DNA of 64,000 nucleotides from Macrostomum lignano (Eukaryota): NCBI GenBank assembly GCA_002269645.1, contig NIVC01000013.1, positions 1,302,001 to 1,366,000 of the forward strand, read 5' to 3'. Shown piece by piece: positions 40,501 to 54,559 of this stretch (position 1 is its first letter; each line of letters starts with the position of its first letter). The notes under the pieces were generated by a model. It saw only the letters and a program-made list of their open reading frames with translations, ran no database searches and was not told where the DNA came from. The position numbers and the translations under genes were made by a program.

Positions 40501-43500
40501 TTAAAATCCCCAATCTAGATCTAAGCCCGGTAAAATCCCAATCTACATTGGATCCAAATTGGTCTATTTCCGCCTCCCATTGTCAGGAGAAGCTGACAGC
40601 CAGACTAGCAGAGACCCGTCAGAAAGCGAAACAGGCCACGGACGAGGCAACCCGTCAGCTAGCCGAGTCCAAAGCAACTCTGCACGCTTCACTTCAAGAG
40701 AAAGAGGAACTGATTGACAGCCTACGGCAGCAATTGCAAACCGCCCTGGGCAAAGCTGAATCGAGTTCGGCCGACTGTCGCGAGCTGAGCGACCAGTTGC
40801 GCCAATTGCAAATGCATATAGCCGGCAAAGAGGATGAATTTCAATTAGCTATTGAGGAGCGGGATATGGCTAAGAATGCGGCTGCTTTTGAGGGCGAGAA
40901 GCGCCGGGAGGAGCTGCAGGCTCGCGTGGCGGCCTTGGAGTCGGCCGAGAAACAGTACAGAAACGCGCTGGAGTCGGAGCGGGTCAAGAGCGAACAGTTG
41001 GCAGCGGAGCTGGCTGATAGGCGAGCCGCTACTGAGGCTCAGATGGAGAAAGAGAAATCTCAGGTGAGAAGGGTATTGTTGTGCGCTGAGAATTCAATAC
41101 GAGTGGTGCGAGAGAAAGAAGTGAAGTGGGAGAGATAGATAATGTGTAAGAGAGGTAGATTAGGAAATAAAGTAGAGTAGGGGAAGAGAAAGCAGTAGAG
41201 TAGCAAAGAGCAGTAGAGTAGGGAGAGAATTAGAGTGGGGAGAGAATTAGAGGGGGAGAGAATTAGAGTAGATGAGAAGTAGAGTAGGAAGAGAAGTAGA
41301 GTGAGGAAAGAATTAGAGTAGAAGAGAAGTAGAGTGGGGAGAGAAGTAGAGTGGAGAGAGAAGTAGAGTGGGGAGAGAAGTAGAGTGGGGGAGAGAATTA
41401 GAGTAGAAGAGAAGTAGAGTGGAGAGAGAAGTAGAGTAGCAAAGAGAAGTAGAGTGAGGAGAGAATTAGAGTGGGGAGAGAATTAGAGGGGGAGAGAATT
41501 AGAGTAGATGAGAAGTAGAGTAGGAAGAGAAGTAGAGTGAGGAAAGAATTAGAGTAGAAGAGAAGTAGAGTGGGGAGAGAAGTAGAGTGGAGAGAGAAGT
41601 AGAGTGGGGAGAGAAGTAGAGTGGGGGAGAGAATTAAAGTAGAAGAGAAGTAGAGTGGAGAGAGAAGTAGAGTAGAAGGGAAGTAGAGTGGGGAGAGAAG
41701 TAGAGTGGGGGAGAGAAGTAGAGTGGGGAGAAAAGTAGAGTGGGGGAGAGAAGTAGAGTGGGGGAGAGAATTAGAGTAGAAGAGAAGTAGAGTGGGGAGA
41801 GAAGTAGAGTGGGGAGAGAAGTAGAGTGGGGGAGAGAAGTAGAGTGGGGGGAGAAGTAGAGTGGGGGAGATGTAGAGTTGGAAAATAGAGTGGGGAGAGA
41901 AGTATACGCTCGTATAATGGGCCAGAAGTAGAGTATGGAGACAAAAGTAGCGATAGAAGTAGAGTGAGGAAAGAAGTAGTTTGCGAGGTGAGTGGAGAAG
42001 TAGATTTTGGATACGTTATGAAAAACGTAATTCGTTTTTAGGGTTTCTGAATTCCTTATATAACAGATATGCTGTTATTGCTTATAATATAATAATCCCC
42101 TTCTCCATCCCCAGGCGGTAGCGGAGCTGGAGTCCCGTCTCGCTCAGTCAGCCGAACAGCAGGCCTCCGTGCTGTCGGAGCTCCGGGCGGAATTCGCACA
42201 GGAGCAAGCCAGACTGCGCGACAGCCTAACGGAGCAGGCTGAAGCGGAAAAAGCAGAGCTAACAGCCGAATTAGAGAAAGGTTTTGCCAGTCAATTCGAA
42301 TCAGAGAAATGGCGATTCCAATCCGCATTGGCTGAGAAAGAGGAGCAGATTGACTACTTGAAGGATTTGTCTTCGGGATTGGAAACGCAGGTGAGTTGAA
42401 TAGGTTGTAAACATTGCTTTGTTATATTTACTACGATACATATCGGCACTATTATTAGAAGTTTTAATTTTATCAATACGTAGTTTACTTTATTAAATTT
42501 CTTACGATACAAATCGGTTGACAATGGATGAAAATCGATTGTATATATTTCGATACATATCGGGTGGTCAATCGGCAATATATTCGTAGGTTTTAGGGTA
42601 CAGACATGTATAGACACTATCACTCACAACCCTTTTACTATTGTTATCGATACATATCGGCTGGCTGATCAGCAAATGATTGTTAGGTTTTAGGGTACAA
42701 ATCGGCACCATTATGGACAAGCTATTTACTATTGTTATCGATACATATCGGCTTGTTAATTTCACGTATTTAGGTAGGGAAAGAATTGATGCCTTAATTA
42801 TTACTATTTCGATACATATCGCCATCAAGGTTAGAAACTACGCTGCTAGCGCCGACGAACAAGGCCGCCTAATGGAGAGTCTGCGCGCCCAGCATCAGGA
42901 CCAGCTGGCCGCTGCAAACGAACGTCTCGAGCAAGAGTGCACTCGCACTAAACAGTTGGAACAGAGCGCCGTTGAATTGGCCACAGCCAGAGAATCTCTC
43001 CAACGAATGCTTGACGAATCCGCTACTGAAAGCGACCGATTAAGCAAAGTCTGCGCCCAGCTAACTGAGAAACTGTCCGAGGAACGGGGCATCAAGCAGC
43101 GCGTCACTGAACAGCTAGCCGATAGCGAGCGCCGGCGTACCGAATTCGAGTATCAATTGGAACGATTGCGCGACGATTATAATCTGGTTTGCCGCGAGTT
43201 GGACGGCTCCAGAACTGCCGCTGAGACGGCCGAGACGGCGCGACGAACTGCCGAGGATGAGGTATGCTATAGGTGTTTTTTTCTAATGATTTTCAACAAA
43301 TTTCGGTTATAATATACCTTTTTGCTACTATTTACTTTGTTAAAAAAGTAATATTTTGAAAAAAGATCTTAAATTTAGCTTTAAGAAGACTTCAATTATA
43401 GTAAAATCTACAAATTTAACGATGTAGCTTTCATATTTTTATATTAATGCAGTAAACAAAGCGGGATGATTTTATTTTTGTCTATCTGGAAGATATCAAG

Positions 43501-46500
43501 ACAAATATAGTTATTATCGATACATATCGGACACATTTAGGATACGTATTTAGGCCTTGATTTAGGGCTGGAATCAAATTTTTGAGACAAACAGTAGTAG
43601 TAAGTTTGGGTCAAGTATAGTATTTTTTAATAAAAAATATATATTTAAAATAATGTTTCGATACATATCGGCAATTTTTTTCGAAACAGGCCGACAAGCG
43701 AGCAGAAGAAGCGGAACAGGCGAACCGTAGAGTTACCGACTTCCAATCGGAAGTTGATTCGCTAACTGATCGATTATCGGAGACTGCAAATCGACTGTCT
43801 TCAGCTACGTCAGATCGAGACCGACTGTCGGAAGAGTTAAACAGTGTCCAGTCTCAGCTGACCTGGACTCAGCACAGATTAGAGGAGCAGCAGGATCGTG
43901 TCGCCGCTTTAACCGAGGAAGCCAAAGCTGCCGAATTGAGAATCGCCGCCGGTCAGCAAGAGGCTACCGAGTTAAAAGCTAGGATTGGTCATTTAATTGG
44001 CAGCTCGGAGGATAATGAGCAAAGTGCAAGAAAGCAGATGGATAGTCTGAGGGAGGAGTTGGATACTAGGTTTGTACATAGCATTTTCTAAGGTGAACAT
44101 TTAGCATGCCGTTTATTTGAAGCTCGACGAGTTAGAATATCCCATTGTCGATAATCCTGATAATCCTGCGTCAAGATCCCATAGTTGAATAATCCCCATT
44201 ATCGATAATCCAGCATCAAGATCCCAAAGTTGAATAATCCCCATTATCGATAATCCAGCACCAAGATCCCAAAGTTAAATAATCCCCATTATCGATAATC
44301 CAGCATCAAGATCCCAAAGTTAAATAATCCCCATTATCGATAATCCGGCATCAAGATCCCAAAGTTAAATAATCCCCATTATCGATAATCCAGCATCAAG
44401 ATCCCAAAGTTAAATAATCCCCATTATCGATAATCCGGCATCAAGATCCCATAGTTAAATAATCCCCATTATCGATAATCCAGCATCAAGATCCTAAAGT
44501 TAAATAATCCCCATTATCGTTCATCCAGCGTCAAGATTCCAAAGTTCCCCAACTCGCCACCCGTCCAGAACGCACGAGCTGCAGCGCGCCCGGCAGGAAG
44601 CGCAATCGCAAGTTGAAGCCGCAGAATCTTTGCGCTCCCAGGAGGCCGAAGCTGCGGAAGCGCGTGAACGCGAACTGAGCGAATCAGCGCGACAATTGCG
44701 AGCCAATCTGTCCAACGTCGAGTCGGAGCTGCGTCAAAGAGAAGCCGATCTCAACGAATCTGAGTCCCGAGCTGCTCAGTTCGAGTCGGCTCTCGCCGAT
44801 GCCGAAGCCGCCAGGCTGCGCGCCGTTGCCGAACGCGACGCTTTGGAGGCCGACGCAGCCCGCGCCAACGCTGCAGCCGAAGCTGCCGCCGCCGAATCGG
44901 CGGAATTGCGCGCCGAGATGGCGCGCCAAAATGAGCACCTGGCCGGGGTGCGCGAGGCCGGTGAAAGTCGGGCAGCCGATTTAGAGGCTACGTTTGGCAA
45001 ATTGAGACTTGAAATGGAGACTAAGTCTGCCGAGGCTGAAGAATGGAAGACCAAGTGCCAGGAGATGGAGAACTCAATCCAGACTCACGAATCTGAATCC
45101 GGTCAGTTGAAATCAGAACTGGAAGAATGGAAGACCAAGTGTCAGGAGATGGAGAACTCAATCCAGACTCACGAATCTGAATCCGGTCAGTTGAAATCAG
45201 AACTGGAAGAATGGAAGACCAAGTGTCAGGAGATGGAGAACTCAATCCAGACTCACGAATCTGAATCCGGTCAGTTGAAATCAGAACTGGAAGAATGGAA
45301 GACCAAGTGTCAGGAGATGGAGAACTCAATCCAGACTCACGAATCTGAATCCGGTCAGTTGAAATCAGAACTAGAAGAATGGAAGACCAAGTGCCAGGAG
45401 ATGGAGAACTCAATCCAGACTCACGAATCTGAATCCGGTCAGTTGAAATCAGAACTGGAAGAATGGAAGACCAAGTGTCAGGAGATGGAGAACTCAATCC
45501 AGACTCACGAATCTGAATCCGGTCAGTTGAAATCAGAACTGGAAGAATGGAAGACCAAGTGTCAGGAGATGGAGAACTCAATCCAGACTCACGAATCTGA
45601 ATCCGGTCAGTTGAAATCAGAACTGGAAAAATGGAAGACCAAGTGCCAGGAGATGGAGAACTCGATCCAGACTCACGAATCTGAATCCGGTCAGTTGAAA
45701 TCAGAATTGGAAGAATGGAAGACCAAGTGCCAGGAGATGGAGAACTCAATCCAGACTCACGAATCTGAATCCGGTCAGTTGAAATCAGAATTGGAGGAAT
45801 GGAAGACCAAGTGTCAGGAGATGGAGAACTCGATCCAGACTCACGAATCTGAATCCGTTCAGTTGAAATCAGAATTGGAGGAATGGAAGACCAAGTGCCA
45901 GGAGATGGAGAACTCGATCCAGACTCACGAATCTGAATCCGGTCAGTTGAAATCAGAATTGGAAGAATGGAAGACCAAGTGTCAGGAGATGGAGAACTCA
46001 ATCCAGACTCACGAATCTGAATCCAGTCAGTTGAAATCAGAATTGGAAGAATGGAAGACCAAGTGTCAGGAAATGGAGAACTCAATCCAGACTCTCGAAG
46101 CTCAGTGTAATCAGTTCAGATCAGAGGTTGAAGAGTGGAAGAGCAAGTGTCAGGAGTTGCAAGCTGAGCTAAACAGTAGTTTGCAGGGAGCTGATGCTCA
46201 ACTCACTCACCTCAGAGAATCAGTTGAAACGAAGACGGCCGAACTGGAAGAATGGAAGTCAAAGTATCAGGGTATTGAGCAAATTGTACAATCCGGCGAG
46301 TCTCAGCTGTCTTCCTTACGGTCAGAATTTGAGGCTAAGAATACAGAGGCTGAAGAATGGAAGTCCAAGTGCTCAGATTTAAACGACCAAGTGACTAATT
46401 TAAACTCGGAACTCAAAGCAAAAACCGATGAGTCCGAAGAATTGCAGTCACAGTTGTCGCAACTAAAGTCATTGGTTGAATCCAAAAGCACCGAGGTTGA

Positions 46501-49500
46501 AGATCTGACAGCCAAATGCCAGATTGCCCAGTCTGAATTGGACAGCGTCAACCAAACTCACATGGAGCAATTGACTCAGATAAGAAACGAGTTAGAGACA
46601 AAAACTAGCGAAGCGAAAAGCTGGGAGTCCAAGTTTCATGAGGCTCAATCGCAGTTGGAGCGAAGCCTTCAAGGAGCCGACGTTCAGCTAAATGAATTGA
46701 GATCGGAGCTTGAAGCTAAAACGGCAACAGCTGAGAACTTCGAAGCAAAGTGCTCGGAGCTTCAAACTGAGGTAGAAAGCTGGCGTACAAAATTCCATGG
46801 AGTAGATGCAGAACTAACTCAACTCAGATCAGAGGTTGAAGACAAGACAACTAAAGTTGAAGACTGGAAGAACAAGTGTCGCGAGTTTCAAGCAAAATTA
46901 AAAGCAACGATTCAAGCGCACAAAAAGCTGACCTCTGAATTCAACGAGTCCCAATCGAAGGTAGCTCAACTTGAGGAGTGCAAGATCAAAAATCAGGAGG
47001 CACAAAACGAGTTGGAAGCTAAGTTGCAAGCCTCAGAATCACAGCTAGCAAATCTACAAACTGACTTTGATGAAACGACAACTGCTATGGATACAAAATT
47101 TGCTGAATTGCGTTCCGAGGTTGAAGCGAAAAATTCTCAGGTAGAAGAATTGACAACGAAATGCCAAGAGATTCAATCTGAATTCAATAAATGCCTTGAA
47201 TCGCGCGAAGCTCAAGTGTCTCAGTTCAAAGCTGAATTCGATGCAAAGGTGTCCGAAGTTGATAGCCTAAAGAGCCGGTGTCAAGAGCTGCAAGTCGAGC
47301 TGGACGGGGGCCAGCAGACGGCCGATGCTCAGCTGACCCATGTCCGGTCCGAGCTGGAAGCGAAAAATGCTGAAATTGACGACTGGAAGTTGAAATACCA
47401 AGAAACCAGCGATAATTATGAGTCAAGTGAAGCGCAACTGTCTCAATTAAGATTGGAGCTTAAAACGAAATCTACCGAAGCGGATGACTGGAGAGCTAAA
47501 TTCCAAGAAACTCAAAATCAACTTGACGCCGCGGTGCATTCTCACGAAGTTCAAATTTCGCAGCTGAGATCAGACATCGATGCAGCAGCTTCAGATGTAG
47601 AGCACTGGCGATCCAAGTGTCAGGAAGCGCAATCAGAGCTAGAGACAGCCATGCAGGCCCATGTAGACCAGCTAACACAATTGAAATCCGAATATTCGGC
47701 AAAATCTGCCGAGACAGACGACTTGAAAGCAGCTCGTCAAGAGCATCAGCAACATTTGGAGCAGCTTTGCAGCGATTTAGCAGCCAGAGAGACCGAACTC
47801 TCCCAGCTGAGGTCAGATTGCGCAGCCAAAGCATCCGAAGCTGAAAATTGTTTGGCTAAGTGTCAGGAGCTTGAGCATCAATTAGCTCAACTGGGAAGCC
47901 AACTAGAAGCCAAAGAAATTGAATTAGGCCAATCGCGATCTGATCTTGAAGCCAAGTGTTTGGAGCTTGACGAACTCCGGTCCAGCAGCGAAGAGCACAG
48001 ACGCCAGCTGGAGCAGTTTGGCAGCAGTCAGGAGGCAAGCGAGGCAGTCTTAGCCGAGCTGCGAGCTGACTGTGACACCAAAGCGGCCGAGGTGGATACT
48101 TTGAAGGCTCGCTGCAATGAACAGGAGAATGAGTTAAAGGAGCTGAGCAGCCGACTGGAAGCATCTGAGGCTGAGGCTACTCAAGCCCGTTCCGATTGTT
48201 TAGCCAAATCAGCAGAAGCTGAGAACTGGCTGGCTAAGTGTCAAGAGCAGCTGCAACGATTGCAAGAAGTTGAAGCTGGCGAAGAGTCGAAAGACGCCGA
48301 ACTGTCTAAATTGCGATCGGATTTGGTTTCCGTGACAGCCGAGGCGGATAATTGGCGAGCGAAATGTGAATTGCTTGAGCAGGAGCAGGCTCTGCGGATG
48401 GATCAATTAGCCAGTGGTCAAGAAGCTATTGAGGCCGAACTTCGAGCTCAGATTTTCGAATTGACGGCTGAGAATCGGGCCAATTTGGAGGCGGCTGATG
48501 AAGCTCGAGAGAAGCTGGCCGCTACGGAAGCTGCCTCCGCAGATGCTGGCCGATCAACTTTGATGCGGATATTGAAAAAGATTGACAATCTGGTCGAAGC
48601 GTTGGATGTGAAATCTTCAGACTCGGGCGAGGATAACGAGGGCGAGACTGCGGCGATGAATTTCCTTGATTTGGCGGCTGAAGCTGCTGCAGCGATGAAG
48701 CAACAACTGGCAGAGATGAAGACCGAACGGGAAGCTGAGGCTCAGGTGGGTATGATCTAATCTACAAAATGATTGTAAATCTGCTTGGCTATGACAAGAT
48801 TACTGGTCAAGGTTAAGAGCTTCAATCTGACTAGAATCTTACGAGCGAAGTAATGGTAAATTCCGCTGAACCCTGAAAATGCACACGCTTACACAGCGTG
48901 TACAGCGGCCCTCACTTTGTCATCGTCAACCAGTGCACACATTCTTTGCCTTTGGGGTTTTTATTGGAGGCAGGGGGCTGTGTAAAGCGACATTGTCACA
49001 CAACCGGCGAGAGGCATTACTGCCTGCCTATTCCGCTGACTCCCCTGAGCAGGCACACAAGCGCGCGGATATGTACGCAGTCATATGCACAGGCACACAC
49101 TCACAAGAGCGTACAGCGGCCCTAACTGTATTTATCGTTAGGCATGTACACTTCACTGTGCCTTGGGGGTTGGCCCTCAAAGGCTGGTAATTGCACGAGC
49201 AGAGCCAAGCCGAGATTCCAATTTAGCTCCAAAAATTAATGTGACTGCACTGGGAATCGAGCCTGGGCCCCTGGCACTTCAGAGCGCCGCGCCCGACCAC
49301 TAGGCTACGGCCTCAAAATGACACTGGTCTGTTCAGTAGCAAGTGAAATTAAGTAGTATGTATTGCACCTGTGAAAAAGCAATCAAGCCATAAATTACTC
49401 GTAGTATTTTCTGTAGAACACTACAAAAGATATGAAAGGCAGATTAACTAAAATTCATGAGCAACTATGCTACTATTTTGAGTCAGTAGTTTAGAAGCAT

Positions 49501-52500
49501 GTTACATGGAAAATTTGTACCCATCGCGCAGTCTTTCCAACGTCGACTAGCAAGCCTGGAGTCTCAGTTGCAAACCAGCCAGTCTGAGGTTGATCAACTT
49601 CGCGAAGATGTCGACTCGGCGTCCATTGAACGCGATCGTCTGGTTGTAGACGGTGCCGCTGAGGCCACTGAACTCAGACACCAGCTGGACGAGTTGCAAC
49701 GTCGATGCGAGGCCTTGCAAGCTGAACTGTCGGAGGCCGAGGCTAGGGAGGCGGAACTTGAGGAGGCTAAGAAGTCCGACGGGCTTAATGTGGTGCGTTT
49801 TATCAATAGTTTGTTATTATTATTCGTTTAAGGATGATGCTACTGCTTAGTAGTCTGTTAGGCTTTTTAGGTCGGTTTTTAGGTATGTCAAGTAGATTTT
49901 TAGGTAGACTGGGTAGACTACTGAGCTGATTATGCAGGCTATTGAGTAAATTGTTTTGTAGATATTGAGTAGACTATTGCGTAGATTGACTAGATTGAGT
50001 AAACTATTGAGTAGATTGAGTAGGCTTTTAGGTAGATTGAGTAGACTACTGGCTAGATTAAGTAGACTATTAAGTAGATTCAGTAGACTATTGGCTGATT
50101 GAGTAGGCTATTGGGTAGATTGAGTAAATTAAGTAGACTATTATGTAGATTGAGTAGACTATTATGTAGATTGAGTAGACTATTATGTAGATTGAGTAGA
50201 CTATTGAGTAGATTGAGTAGACTATTGAGTAGCTTGGGTAGACTATTGAGTAGATTGAGTAGACTATTGAGTAGATTGAGTAGACTATTGAGTAGATTGG
50301 GTAGACTATTGAGTAGATTGAGTAGACTATTGAGTAGATTGGGTAGACTATTGAGTAGATTGAGTTGACTATTGAGTAGATTGAGTAGACTATGGGGTAG
50401 ATTGAGTAGACTATTGAGTAGATTGAGTAGACTATTGAGTAGATTGAGTAGACTATGGGGTAGATTGAGTAGACTATTGAGTAGATTGAGTAGACTATTG
50501 AGTAGATTGAGTAGACTATTGAGTAGATTGAGTAGACTATGGGGTATATTGAGTAGACTGCTGGCTAGATTAAGTAGACTATTAACTAGATTAAGTAGGC
50601 TATTTGGTAGATTAAGTAGACTATTGTGCAGTCGTAGATTGGTTAAACGGATTGAGTAGGCTGTTGGGAAGTTTGAGTAGACTGCTATTGGTTAGACTGA
50701 GTGGACTATTGGGTAGATTAGAGACTATTGTTAAATACAGAACGAGAAAGTATTTTATTGGTTTGAAAGCTGTTTGATATTCAAAATTTTATTTAAAAAA
50801 ATCTATTTAAAGTATATATGTTTAGTATATACTTGCTATTTAAAATAAATAAACGTTTCCCTTAGCAGTTTCCACCGTCAATGTTCACTATGGCTTGCAA
50901 AGTTCAGGTAATTTTAGTTAAAGTAAAATATAAGACTATTCAGTTAGAAATCTCAAAATGCTCATTGGTGCCGTTGGGCTTGGCTGCTTTCTTCAGTTTT
51001 TGGCTTGTTGGTTTTGTTCTAATTGAAAATTTATCTGGTAAAATGTTTCACTTTCTACTTCTATTGGTGACTGTTCAGTAGCCTAAATAGTAAAATCTAG
51101 GCTAAATTTAGCTACCTTAAATAAAAATTCAGGAGGTCATCCAGTCGGAGGTGAACAGGCAAAAGTCGGCCTCAGCCTCAGCGGAGGGCAGCGGTCAGCT
51201 GGAAGGTCGACCATCTGACGGGTTCGAATGGGCTGAACAGCTGACCGACCGAATCGAGGCTGTCAAATCATCGGCTTTGTGAGTTCTCTTAGTACTTTAA
51301 TTGATGAATAAGTTCAGTATTTGATTGAACGCAGTGATTTTAACAAAGGATTTTCCCGCTTTAGAAATACGCAACCGACTGGGGACACGGTTAGTCTGGA
51401 GGACTACGAAGCTCTTCGGATGCACACGACTGATCTGGAGGTAAGTAGTATAGAACGGTGTTTTTAGAGGTTTCAGCTCTGCTACTAATAAAATAATAGT
51501 GACAGAATCGCTAGAGTCATTGCAAACAACTCACTAGGTGACTACGGAGCGATTATTGTGACTTTTTAACAACTTAAACGTCTGTAATTGTGACCTAAGA
51601 GGCGACTGTTGAGTCACGAGCGCATCACGTGACCTGCAGAATCGTAACAGAGTCGCGAAAAAGTCGTCCAAGAGTCGTGTTAGCGCTTAACTTTTCTACT
51701 CTACTAACTTAAGTACATGTAGACTTAATAGAGTTGTTAAAGATGCCCTTTAGAGGCAACTCAGTTACGACCCCAGAGTCGCAGGCAATAAAATAACTCA
51801 AATGGATTCTTTGACGACTATCTTATCGTTTTTGGGCTGTCCAGAGTCACTTCTTTCCTATTTTACTTGCGTTACCTGCAACGACACGGTAGCGTTTCTC
51901 ATCGGTTGATAACTGCGCACTTGTCTCAACTCTCAACCCCAACTTACTGTTTAATCTAGACTCAATTGAGCAGCGTCAGCGCCGAGCTGTCAAGTCTAAA
52001 GCTGAGATCGTCGCCGGAGCGACCGTCGGCGTCGCAGATTGCTCAACTGCCGTCGCCTGGCCCGTCCGAGTCGATGCAGTATCAGTTCGCTTCGTTTATC
52101 GAAATTCCCGAGATTGAATACCTGAGAAATGTGCTGTTCAAGTATATGCTTGGAGAGAAGACCCAGGTAAGTTATTGTTTGTTTAATTCTGACATTGAGC
52201 TCTGGTTGTCTGACAGCCTGGAGTGTCTTCCTGTCAGCAGTGTCTGCCTGTCAGGAGTAGGGTCTGACTGTCAAGAGTGTAGTGCCTGTCAAAAGTAGTG
52301 TCTGCCTGTCAGGAGCACTTTCAGCCCATCAAGAGTAGTGTCTTACTGTCAGGAGTGTAATGTCTGTCAGGAGTAGTGTCTGACTGTCAGGAGTGTAGTG
52401 TCTGTCAGGAGTAGTGTCTGACTGTCAGGAGTGTAATGTCGGTCAGGAGTAGTGTCTGACTGTCAGGAGTGTAGTGTCTGTCAGGAGTAGTGTCTGACTG

Positions 52501-53881
52501 TCAGGAGTGTAGTGTCTGTCAGGAGTAGTGTCTGACTGTCAGGAGTGTAGTGTCTGTCAGGAGTAGTGTCTGACTGTCAGGAGTGTAGTGTCTGTCAGGA
52601 GTAGTGTCTGCCTGTCAGGAGCAGTTTCAGCCCATCAAGAGTAGTGTCTGCCTGTCAGGAGTAGTGTCTGCCTGTCAGGAGTAGTGTCTGCCTGTCAGGA
52701 GTAGTGTCTGCCTGTCAGGAGTAGTGTCTGCCTGTCAGGAGTAGTGTCTGCCTGTCAGGAGCAGTTTCAGCCCATCAAGAGTAGTGTCTGCCTGTCAGGA
52801 GTAGTGCCTGTCAGGAGTAGTGTCTGTCAGGAGTAGTGTCTGCCTGTCAGGAGTAGTGTCTGCCTGTCAGGAGTAGTGTCTGCCTGTCAGGAGTAGTGTC
52901 TGCCTGTCAGGAGTAGTGTCTGCCTGTCAGGAGTAGTGTCTGCCTGTCAGGAGTAGTGTCTGCCTGTCAGGAGTAGTGTCTGCCTGTCAGGAGTAGTGTC
53001 TGCCTGTCAGGAGTAGTGTCTGCCTGTCAGGAGTAGTGTCTGCCTGTCAGGAGTAGTGTCTGCCTGTCAGGAGTAGTGTCTGCCTGTCAGGAGTAGTGTC
53101 TGCCTGTCAGGAGTAGTGTCTGCCTGTCAGGAGTAGTGTCTGCCTGTCAGGAGTAGTGTCTGCCTGTCAGGAGTAGTGTCTGCCTGTCAGGAGTAGTGTC
53201 TGCCTGTCAGGAGTAGTGTCTGCCTGTCAGGAGTAGTGTCTGCCTGTCAGGAGTAGTGTCTGCCTGTCAGGAGTGTAGTATCTGTCAGGAGTAGTGTCTG
53301 CCTTTCAGGAGTGTAGTATCTGTCAGGAGTAGTGTCTGCCTGTCAGGTCAGTAGCATCCAAATGTCAGAAGTATCTGACAATAATTGTAGTTCTCAAACT
53401 AACAAAACCCGAACTTCAGACCCTGGCCAAGGTGATTTGCACTGTGCTGAAATTTAGCGAGCCCCAAATTCAACAGGTGCTTGACTACGAGTCGAAGAAA
53501 GCCAATGTAAGTCCAACTTATGAATTTATTGATTTTGCAATGCTAATACATAATAAAATTACGGTATATATAATATATAAAAATGTTTTGCCTTTATCTA
53601 TCATTCAGAAATAAAGGCTTGAAAATAAATTCTGCAAACTTCGACTTAAGCTGGTATAAATCTGTACTAATTAATTATTTACGAGTATATTTAAGAAAGC
53701 GATAGATGTTGAACTGGTGGCACCTGTTCTAATTATATATATAATCAGCAGTATTATTTGCACTAATAACTAAGCATACAACCATGCTTTTAATTAAAAC
53801 AAAGTTTTAATGAATTGAATAAAATGTTGTTTTTTTTGTTTTTCATTTCAGTCCTGGTTAGCGCTGAACCGACCTACATAG
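34553..53881 (+). CDS. GOLGA4: Golgin-245/p230 (GRIP-domain golgin) ortholog, 16 exons, ~2475 aa
   Basis: Exons: 34553-34603 (MFQRLKQKIEE), 37512-37937, 38044-38178 (DKSLRRISELKEQIELDQLAKRDL), 39323-39448 (VSLLK), 39524-39664 (LLTKCRDSIQSHKE), 40587-41063, 42115-42390, 42830-43261, 43690-44069, 44569-48745, 49532-49792, 51133-51278, 51365-51440, 51960-52166, 53420-53506, 53852-53881. All GT-AG with matching phases. GRIP: EIEYLRNVLFKYMLGEKTQTLAKVICTVLKF. Confidence 0.9.
34975..35844. mobile_element. 870-bp hAT-type MITE in GOLGA4 intron 1
   Basis: TIRs cagtgttgggtacca / tggtgtccaacactg (13/15) and a perfect 8-bp TSD ggtctaaa (34967-34974, 35845-35852). Confidence 0.85.
38250..38780 (+). repeat. 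77-bp minisatellite, ~7 copies, each with a CCAAT box
   Basis: aactgcacgccagccaatcagaggccgccatc recurs at 38407, 38484, 38561 and onward. Confidence 0.9.
39760..40545 (+). repeat. 28-bp minisatellite (tctagatctaggccaggtaaaatcccaa), ~28 copies
   Basis: Fills GOLGA4 intron 5; the unit contains the palindrome ctagatctag. Confidence 0.95.
41190..41900 (+). repeat. GA-rich ~16-bp minisatellite (agagaagtagagtggg)
   Basis: Tandem purine-rich units in GOLGA4 intron 6. Confidence 0.9.
44140..44540 (+). repeat. 45-bp minisatellite, ~8 copies
   Basis: aataatccccattatcgataatccagcatcaagatcccaaagtt at 44188, 44233 and onward. Confidence 0.9.
45038..46093 (+). repeat. Coding 84-bp (28-aa) tandem repeat, 13 copies, within GOLGA4 exon 10
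   Basis: EEWKTKCQEMENSIQTHESESGQLKSEL; units start every 84 nt from 45038 to 46046. Confidence 0.97.
48880..49313 (-). mobile_element. Probable tRNA-derived SINE
   Basis: Minus strand head ggccgTAGCCTAGTGGtcgggcgcggcgctctgaagtgccaggggcccaGGCTCGATTCCcagtgcagtc has Pol III A and B boxes but no clean cloverleaf, followed by a non-tRNA body. Confidence 0.55.
49960..50720 (+). repeat. 21-bp minisatellite (gagtagactattgagtagatt)
   Basis: Tandem units in GOLGA4 intron 11. Confidence 0.9.
52220..53350 (+). repeat. 20-bp minisatellite (gtcaggagtagtgtctgcct)
   Basis: Fills GOLGA4 intron 14, between the two GRIP exons. Confidence 0.95.
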
Positions 53882-54559
53882 CCTACTTATAAACTCGACT
53901 TGTAGCAGTAGTATTGATGGACATTGTTTTGAGTCTGTGATAACACCTTAAAAAAATATCAGCGTGAAAGAGAACCTTGCTCCCTTGGTGTGCATATTTT
54001 AATTTATCTCACAATACTTGACTCAACTGTTTACAGTTTTCTTTTTAGTTTGAAAGCTAATACATAATTAGCTGGTATTATTAATCTAGCTCCATATACT
54101 GTTTGCGTTTGTCTATTTGAAATTTAGTCTGAAGAAATAATAAAATAGCTCACAGCGACCACAGCACAGCCTCGTGACTTTTCATACATTCTTTTTGTGT
54201 AAAACCGTGTTGCTAAACTATTAATTACCATTGTTATCCGATATTTGGCAGTCAGTTTTATGGATTTATTATATTTGCGTGTTTCCGCCAATTTCATTTT
54301 TACTGTTTAATTAGCATCTCTGTTTTTAGCCCGTTCATTACGACTGTGTTCCGTGTGACCCATTTCATTTCTTGTTGTTTTGTTCCCGTTTTTAGCCAGG
54401 TATTTGTTGAATTTTTTCTCTTGAAATAAACTTTGTGGACTGAGTTAAACTTGCATGAAATTACATGCTTCCTGTGCAGATTCCCACTTCCTGAGAGGCC
54501 ATTAACGATTAATAATACTTTTCGGTATGCTTAACTACTTATTACTTATGCTACTTTAT

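Noticed and set aside
45021-46085. 354-aa Ser/Pro-rich antisense ORF
   Set aside because: Antisense shadow of the 84-bp coding repeat in GOLGA4.
49240-49313. Functional tRNA gene
   Set aside because: A and B boxes are present but the acceptor stem does not pair cleanly; a SINE head is more likely.
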